Source of the DNA: Chiloscyllium plagiosum
Lineage: Eukaryota
Reading direction: 5' to 3'
DNA length: 39,947 bases
Assembly: GCF_004010195.1 (NCBI RefSeq)
Contig: NC_057719.1
Span: forward strand, 25,431,697-25,471,643
Below the pieces are notes generated by a model, which was given only the letters and a program-made list of their open reading frames with translations, was not told where the DNA came from and searched no databases. The position numbers and the translations under genes were made by a program. Of the stretch, positions 33,430-39,947 are shown in pieces (position 1 is the stretch's first letter; the number at the start of each line of letters is the position of its first letter).

Positions 33430-34850
33430 TGCAGAAGAAAGCTTTTCAGCCAATGTGTGTGCCCCAGTTCTCCAATGAGCATTCTGACTTGGTGCCATTC
33501 TTCCCTTTCTCTCTTTAACCTTACAATTGCTTCTATTTAAATAATCACCAAATGGCCTTTTGAGTATGGCAATACAATTTGCCACCACCACATTTCCAGG
33601 TATTGTATTCCAGAAATGAACCTACTCATCATGTGAAAAAGTTTATTTTTCTCACACTGTATATATTTGCTTTGCAGATTGCTTTAAGTGTGTGATCTTT
33701 CATTCCGTTTCCTTTTATGAGCAGGAACAGTTTCACCCTATCTATTCTAACTTGCTCCTTTATGATTTTGAAAACTTCTATCAGATCTCTTAGCCTTCTT
33801 TTCTGGAAGGGCAGGTTTATAAAACCATGAGGGGCATGGATAGGGTAAATAGACAAGGTCTTTTCCCTGGGGTGAAGGAATCCAGAACTAGAGGGCATAG
33901 GTTTAGGGTGAGAGGGGAAAGATATAAAAGGGACCTAAGGGGCAACTTTTTCACACAGAGGGTGGTATGTCTATGGAATGAGCTGCCAGAAGAAGTGGTG
34001 GAGGCTGGTACAATTATATCATTTAAAAGGCATCTGAATGGGTATATGAATAGGAAGGGTTTAGAGGGACATGGGCCAATTGCTAGCAAATGGGACTAGA
34101 TTAATTTAGGATATCTGGTTGGCATGGACAAGTTGGACCAAAGAGTCTGTTTCTGTACTGTACATCTCTTTGACAACAGTCTCAGCCTCCCCAGTTGATC
34201 CCCATAACTGAAATTTCTCACCCCTGGAAAACACTCTTGGAAGTCTCTTTTGCACTCTCACCAACACAGTCACATCCTTCCTATAATGTACTGCCTATAA
34301 TTGTAGACAATACTCCTCCGGAAGTATAATAAGAATCTTTTACACATTCAGCATCACTTCCTTGCTTTAGTACTCTGTGCCCTCATTATAAAGCCCAGAA
34401 TACTATCTGCTTTATTAACTGCTCTCTAACTGTCCTACCAGCTTCAAAGATCTGTGTTCAGATACACCCAGCTCCCAGCACCTGTACTCACTTTAGAATG
34501 CACCCCTTAATCTATATGATCTTTTCATGTTCTTCCTATCAAAATACATCACCTCACACTTCTCCATATTTAACTTTATCTGCCACCTATCTGCTGTCTC
34601 CATCAACTTGTCATTATTCTATTGAAGATTTACACAGTCTTTCTAACAATTCACAATGCTTCCAAGTTTCATTTCATTTGTAAACTTTGAAATTGTCCCT
34701 TGTACACCAAGATCTAGATGATTTATATATGTATCAGGGCAAACAATACTGACCCCTGAGGAACTCCACTGCAAACCTTCCTCCAGCCTGAAAATTATCC
34801 ATTGACTATTACACTCCATTTCCTGTCATTCAGCCAATTTTGTAACCAAA
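33430..34850 (-). mobile_element. Old CR1 remnant interrupted by a younger opposite-strand CR1
   Basis: FQKRRLRDLIEVFKIIK...INFFT (33629-33810); RT-like continuation at 34175-34850 including gacccctgaggaactccact (SGVPQGS on the minus strand). Confidence 0.75.
33813..34174 (+). mobile_element. HER1-like CR1 3' fragment
   Basis: MRGMDRVNRQGLFPGVKESRTRGHRFRVRGERYKRDLRGNFFTQRVV; close match to 11052-11412. Confidence 0.92.
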
Positions 34851-35854
34851 ATTCAGACTCCAGCTGTCATGATATCAGGCATAAATGACATTTCTTTGCT
34901 GTTGGCTACAAAATCTGAGAGTTTATGTCTAGGTACACAAACACTATTATTTCACTGAAGTTTACAATTTTAATGGTCTAGAGGAAGCTAAGAGACTGAA
35001 CAGCAGCCTGACTTGCAGCCTTCCTGAGCCATCCAGTAATGATTTAAGTGGCTATGTTGCTAATGCAGCAAACCTGATCCTATCACTGTTTTTAGTACAA
35101 AGTAGAATAATGATAATTAGCTATTCAACTTTTACAGCGAGGGTCTCTGCAAAACAGATTATGATGTAACATAAGTAATTGCACACATTCTGGTTTTCTG
35201 TACTATAAAAATGGTTTCTATTGCTTATGCACCAGTGCTATCATGTAAATTTTCAGCAAATTTAAGTCCATCAAGTTTAAATCTAAGATGTACTATATGG
35301 TGCCATTTGGCAGTAATTTTCATAGAGATGTTTCAGGAGAAGATTGCAAGAGGAACAGCATAAGCAACAACTCTATGAACATTTTACCTGGTTATTTTTC
35401 TTTAACTATTAATACACACTGCCATTTAATGTTACTCATCCTCAGGAGCAACGGTTCATTCTTAGGTCACCATCTGCCTGTATGACAAGATCTGTGACCA
35501 TGTGTAATATTCAACTTTCAAACCGACCAGATTGTAATAAAATCATGCTCCCAGTTAGTCACGATCATAGCTTTTTGCCAGATGCTAATAAATGGCATCA
35601 TGAAATTCAATTTCTCTTTGCTGAAAAAAAACATGTCAATCCAATGTCACTTTATCTTGAATATGTAACAGATTTGTCCAGTCCAGTGCAGCTTAATGGA
35701 TAAAATTTCATGTCAATATGGGAATACTAAGGTCCTTGAAGTTTTAATGTCAGTGCTGTATAATTTATTAAAACAGAAAGAGAGTTACTATCTCTAAACT
35801 GTGCAAATTCTGGTTCAATTGTTTATTACAGCGTTGACTTGGTTTTGTTGGTAA

Positions 35855-36200
35855 TTATTTCACCTCTGTGTGACTGAGGGCTATTAGGTCAAGCTACATT
35901 CAGGTTCATGCTCCAGTACAATGATGAGGAACAACTGAAGTGTTAGAAATGGCATCCTTCAGAGTTAATCCAAGGAGTAGTATGTCCTCATTCTGAATGA
36001 TATCAAGAAAACATTTTCAAAATAGATGCTGCAGTTCTATTGATGTCCTGACCAACATTCTACAGTATCACCAAAAAAAAATCAAATCTTCTTATGTTTG
36101 TTTTACTGTAGGATGGCTATTGTCTTTGCCATTAAAATGATAAATCATTACCATCCAAAATAGTTACTTATGTGAGACCGTTTCAGAAGGTTTATTACTG
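35855..36200 (+). mobile_element. Very old Deu-domain-like SINE remnant
   Basis: Patchy similarity to 27620-28062 (ccttcagagttaatccaagg; tgtcctgaccaacatt). Confidence 0.35.
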
Positions 36201-36394
36201 AGATAAATGGAGGTACTTACTCTTTCTCTTTGCTTTTTTTACACCTAGTTCCAGGTTACACCTCAATGACACGATTGATGCAAAGTTTCACGAGTTGCCA
36301 TGATATTCAGGACTAGCACGTTCCTGACAGGATGAAAGGTAAGCTGGTGAGATTCGGGAACCCTGAATGACAAGTATTTGAAAGAAGAGAAAGG

Positions 36395-37437
36395 AAGCAG
36401 ATGTAAGGTTTTAGAAACTGAAATCAGACAAGGCCCTTGAAGAATACAAAGGAGGCAGGAAAGAACTTAAACAACAAATTAGGAGGGTTGAAAGGTGCCA
36501 TGAAATGCCCTTGTCAAGTTGGATTAAAGAGAATCCCAAGGCATTTTATAAGTATATTAGGCACAACAGGGTAGCTTGGGAAAGCGTATCTTCACTCAAG
36601 GATAAAGGAGGGAATTTATGGATGGAGTGAGAGTGGGTGAGGTCTTTAATGAGGACTTTGCAACAAGACAAAGGACATGGAGGCGTATGTGATATTCTAG
36701 GGGATGTTGCTTTTACGAAGGAGGAGGTATCGGTGGCTTAAAAAATATTAAGGTAGATAAGTCCCCATGGCCTGATGAGATCTATCGCAGGATACAGACG
36801 GAAGCAAGTAAGGAGATTGCTGGGACCTTAATAAAGATCTTTGTATCCTCTTTAGCCACAGGCAAAGTCCAAGAACACGAGAGAATAGCCAATGTTGTCC
36901 CTTTGTATAAGAAGGGACATTCCATAGATATTCCAGGAAATTATTGGCTGGGCAGTCTTACATCAGTGGTAGGAAAATTATTGGAAAAGATTCTTAGGGA
37001 TAGGATTTACTCACATTTGGAAAATAATGGACTTAGAGATAGTCAGCATGGCTTTGTGTAGGGGAGATCTTGTATCACAAACTTAATTGAATTTTTTGAG
37101 GAAGTGACAAAGATGATTCATGAGGGTAGGGCAGTGAATACATTTGACAAGGTCCTCATGGTAACCTGAACCAGAAGATTAAGTCATGTGAATCATGGTC
37201 AGGTTGTAAGTTGGATACAAGATTGATCATAGAAGACAGACAGTAGTTGTGGAGGTGTGTTATTCTAATTGGAAGTCTGTGACCAGTGATGTTCTGCAAA
37301 GATCAGTCATGGGAGCTAGCATTTAAACACAGAGGGAATCTTAGGATGCAAGTCCACAGCAGATGGGATTAGTTTAGAATAACATCATGGATGGTACAGA
37401 TATTGTGGGCCGAAGGGCCTGTTCCTGTGCTGTACGG
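36395..37437 (+). mobile_element. Degenerate CR1 ORF2 fragment followed by a short CR1 3' tail
   Basis: IKENPKAFYKYIR, DKSPWPDEIYRRI, ANVVPLYKKG, SQHGFV, TNLIEFFEEVTK; tail gggccgaagggcctgttcctgtgctgta at 37407-37434. Confidence 0.85.
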
Positions 37438-38149
37438 TACCCAGCCCCAATCATCCCAAGAAGCTGCCATGTTTTTTAACTGGATCAAGTCTGAGGTTTG
37501 CTATGAACCATCTGTCTCTGCCCAGGATATCAGGAAATAGCTTACTGGAGAGATTTTGGGGCCAAATGACATCTGTTCATGTAGAAAATGGTTTACGTAA
37601 TACCACATGACATGATGCTCACCTTTCACTTATGCCCATTACAAAGTCTCTGATTATCATAGATTTCTAACTGTAACTATCATATACATGCTTACCATCA
37701 ATTAAATACCAGGCTTGCACCATCCTTGAGTTTGGGAGTAGGTTAATATCTTTATCATTCAATATAATTGGACCTTTATTCAACCAGCTTTGGAAGACAT
37801 GAGACTTTAGGAGATATGGATGAAAGTATCCTCAAACAGATACAGTCATAATCTTGAGCTGATTAAATATTCCCTGTTTCTTATTCAATAAAAAACAAGA
37901 TAAAGACAATCTCTGTAATTGCATCAACAATACCATAACAAAACCAATAGACGGTACAATTTTATAGTGGTCTCTAAAGGTTTTTGGCTAGTTCTCCATA
38001 ATAATTTTAAAAAGATGAACTGGCAGTGTTATACTACTTTGCAATCAATGAAATCCAATTTTGAAAGTATTGGAATTTCCCTTTATTGCGGAGTGAAAAT
38101 GCTCCCTAAGTTTGGTGAAGATTTATTGTTAGACTATTTTTCTTTATGA

Positions 38150-38350
38150 AGCTCAGCAAGTCTGGAGCATTTGTGGGAAGAATGCATGCTTAATGTTTCA
38201 TGTGCAGTGACTTTTCAGCAGACTCATTCACTGAATGCAAAGCAGTAACTATGCTTTCTCCCTACAGATGCTGCCAAACTTAATGAGTTTTGCCAGCGAT
38301 TTCTGTTTGTTTCAGATCTCCAGAATCCGCAGTTATTTCTTTTATTTTTT
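38150..38350. mobile_element. Decayed palindromic short element resembling the Penelope-like terminal repeats
   Basis: ctcagcaagtctggagcatttgtggga pairs with tccctacagatgctgccaaacttaatgag; ends tcagatctccagaatccgcagt like 13220-13238. Confidence 0.55.
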
Positions 38351-38984
38351 TCATTATTCCTTTGCATAATACAAGATGGATGCATTTACAATCTTTATCC
38401 CAGATTTTCCCCAATGTAAAATATACAATTTGTATTGATTCTCTGTGATACATTCATTCCTATTATGAATTTGCACTCTTGGCTGTACAGTGAAAATCTG
38501 TCACCTTTTATGATTATCATGAGTGGGAGGATAAAATGAACCAAGTAGCATTTGACTTCCGACATGCAAACTAAATTAACATAAATGTTGTTGAGAAAAT
38601 CTAATTCATGATGCAAAAGAGAATCACGATAGATATTTCACAAGCTCATGCAAGAACACTACGTGAGGACAGCCATTTAACCCAAATGTATTCCACTGGT
38701 TCTTAAATTATTTCAGTGTTTTAACTCCATTCCTTTATCTGCAAATGCATTCTAATGTGTTGACCATTTTCTGTGGATAACCACAAAGGTAATCGATTAC
38801 TTCAAATTGAATATTTCATGAATTAAACATTAGAAGTAGGTTTGATGATTCTATCAATCAGTGTGTTAGAGTGAACTGTGTATCCTGAGGAAAATAGGAG
38901 ATTTTAGTTGACTTTGTCAATTAAAAAGGATGGTAAGCCAAAGAAAATTCACAGATTTTCTATATGGTCCACATTCAACAACAG

Positions 38985-39137
38985 ATGTAGATATGTCTAG
39001 TAAAGGATCTCTGTTAATCCAGAGACCCAGGTTGGGGACACTGGGTTGGAATCTGGCCATGGCAGATGGTGGAACTTGAACTCAACAAAAATCTGAATTA
39101 AGAGTCTAATGATGACCATAAAACCGTGGTCAATTGT
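38985..39137 (+). mobile_element. 3'-truncated tRNA-derived SINE fragment
   Basis: B-box-like gggttggaatct followed by ccatggcagatggtggaacttgaactcaac...aatgatgaccat, a shark SINE body recalled from memory. Confidence 0.5.
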
Positions 39138-39139
39138 AA

Positions 39140-39360
39140 GCTAGCATTTATTACCCACCTCTGATGCTCTGGAACAGAAGGTGTTGAGCTGCTTTCTTGA
39201 ACTGCTGTAGTCCATGGGGCAGGGATATGCACAGTGTTGTTAAGGGAGTTTCAGGATTTTGATCCAGTGACATTAAAGGAGCAATGATATTTTTAAGATT
39301 GTGTGTGACTTGGAAAAGAACTTGGCAGTTGCAGTGTTCCCAGGTCTCTTTTGCCCTTGG
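39140..39360 (-). mobile_element. Decayed 3' end of the LINE family at 4985-5331
   Basis: gaaggtgttgagctgctttcttgaactgctg and gggagtttcaggattttgatc are reverse complements of 5160-5260. Confidence 0.7.
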
Positions 39361-39947
39361 AGAGTAGAGTCATAGAGTCATAGAGATGTACAGCATGGAA
39401 ATAGACCCTTCGGTCCAATCTGTCCATGCCGACCAGATATCCCAACCCAATCTAGTCCCACCTGCCAGCACCTGGCCCATATCCCTCCAAACCCTTCCTA
39501 TTCATATACCCATCCAAATGCCTCTTAAATGTTGCAATTGTACCAGCCTCCACCACATCCTCTGGCAGCTAATTCCATACACATACCACGCTCTGCATGA
39601 AAAAAGTTGCTCCTTAGGTCTCTTTTATATCTTTCTCTTTTATATCTTAACCTATGCCCTCTAGTTCTGGACTCCCTGATCCCAGGGAAAAGACTTTGTC
39701 TATTTATCCTATCCATGCCCCTCATAATTTTGTAAACCTTTAGGAGGTCACCCTTCAGCCTCCGACGCTCCAGAGAAAACAGACCCAGCCTGTTCAGCCT
39801 CTCCCCATAGCTCAAATCCTCCAACCCTGGCAACATCCTTGTAAATCTTTTCTGAACCCTTTCAAGTTTCACAACACCTTTCCGATAAGAAGGAGACCAG
39901 AGTTGTACACAATATTCCAACAGTGGCCTAACCAATGTCCTGTACAG
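39361..39947 (-). mobile_element. HER1-like CR1 3' region running off the window end
   Basis: Tail agagtcatagagtcatagag; VRPLLEYCVQLWSPSYRKGVVKLERVQKRFTRMLPGLEDLSY. Confidence 0.93.

Overview
Eukaryotic, repeat-dense, apparently non-genic or intronic DNA, most likely from a cartilaginous fish (shark). This is inferred from an HE1-type V-SINE, HER1-like CR1 LINEs and Deu-domain SINEs recognised from memory, not from a database search. No host protein-coding gene can be supported; almost every informative ORF in the track is a retroelement fragment. Contents: (i) the 5' end of a young L1-clade LINE on the minus strand, with an open ORF1, a G-rich YY1-type 5' end and an L1-type cleavage site; (ii) more than 15 CR1 fragments of at least three subfamilies, several nested inside older CR1s; (iii) tRNA-derived SINEs; (iv) a pogo/Tigger-like MITE with perfect 23-bp TIRs and a TA duplication; (v) several palindromic Penelope-like (GIY-YIG) derivatives, two of which carry minimal hammerhead-ribozyme-like motifs, with one copy retaining a nearly intact core. 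The most interesting observations are these hammerhead-bearing fold-back elements, an 80-bp tail-less internal CR1 fragment flanked by a perfect 45-bp duplication, and the mammalian-like L1 5' end. Boundaries of old elements are approximate.
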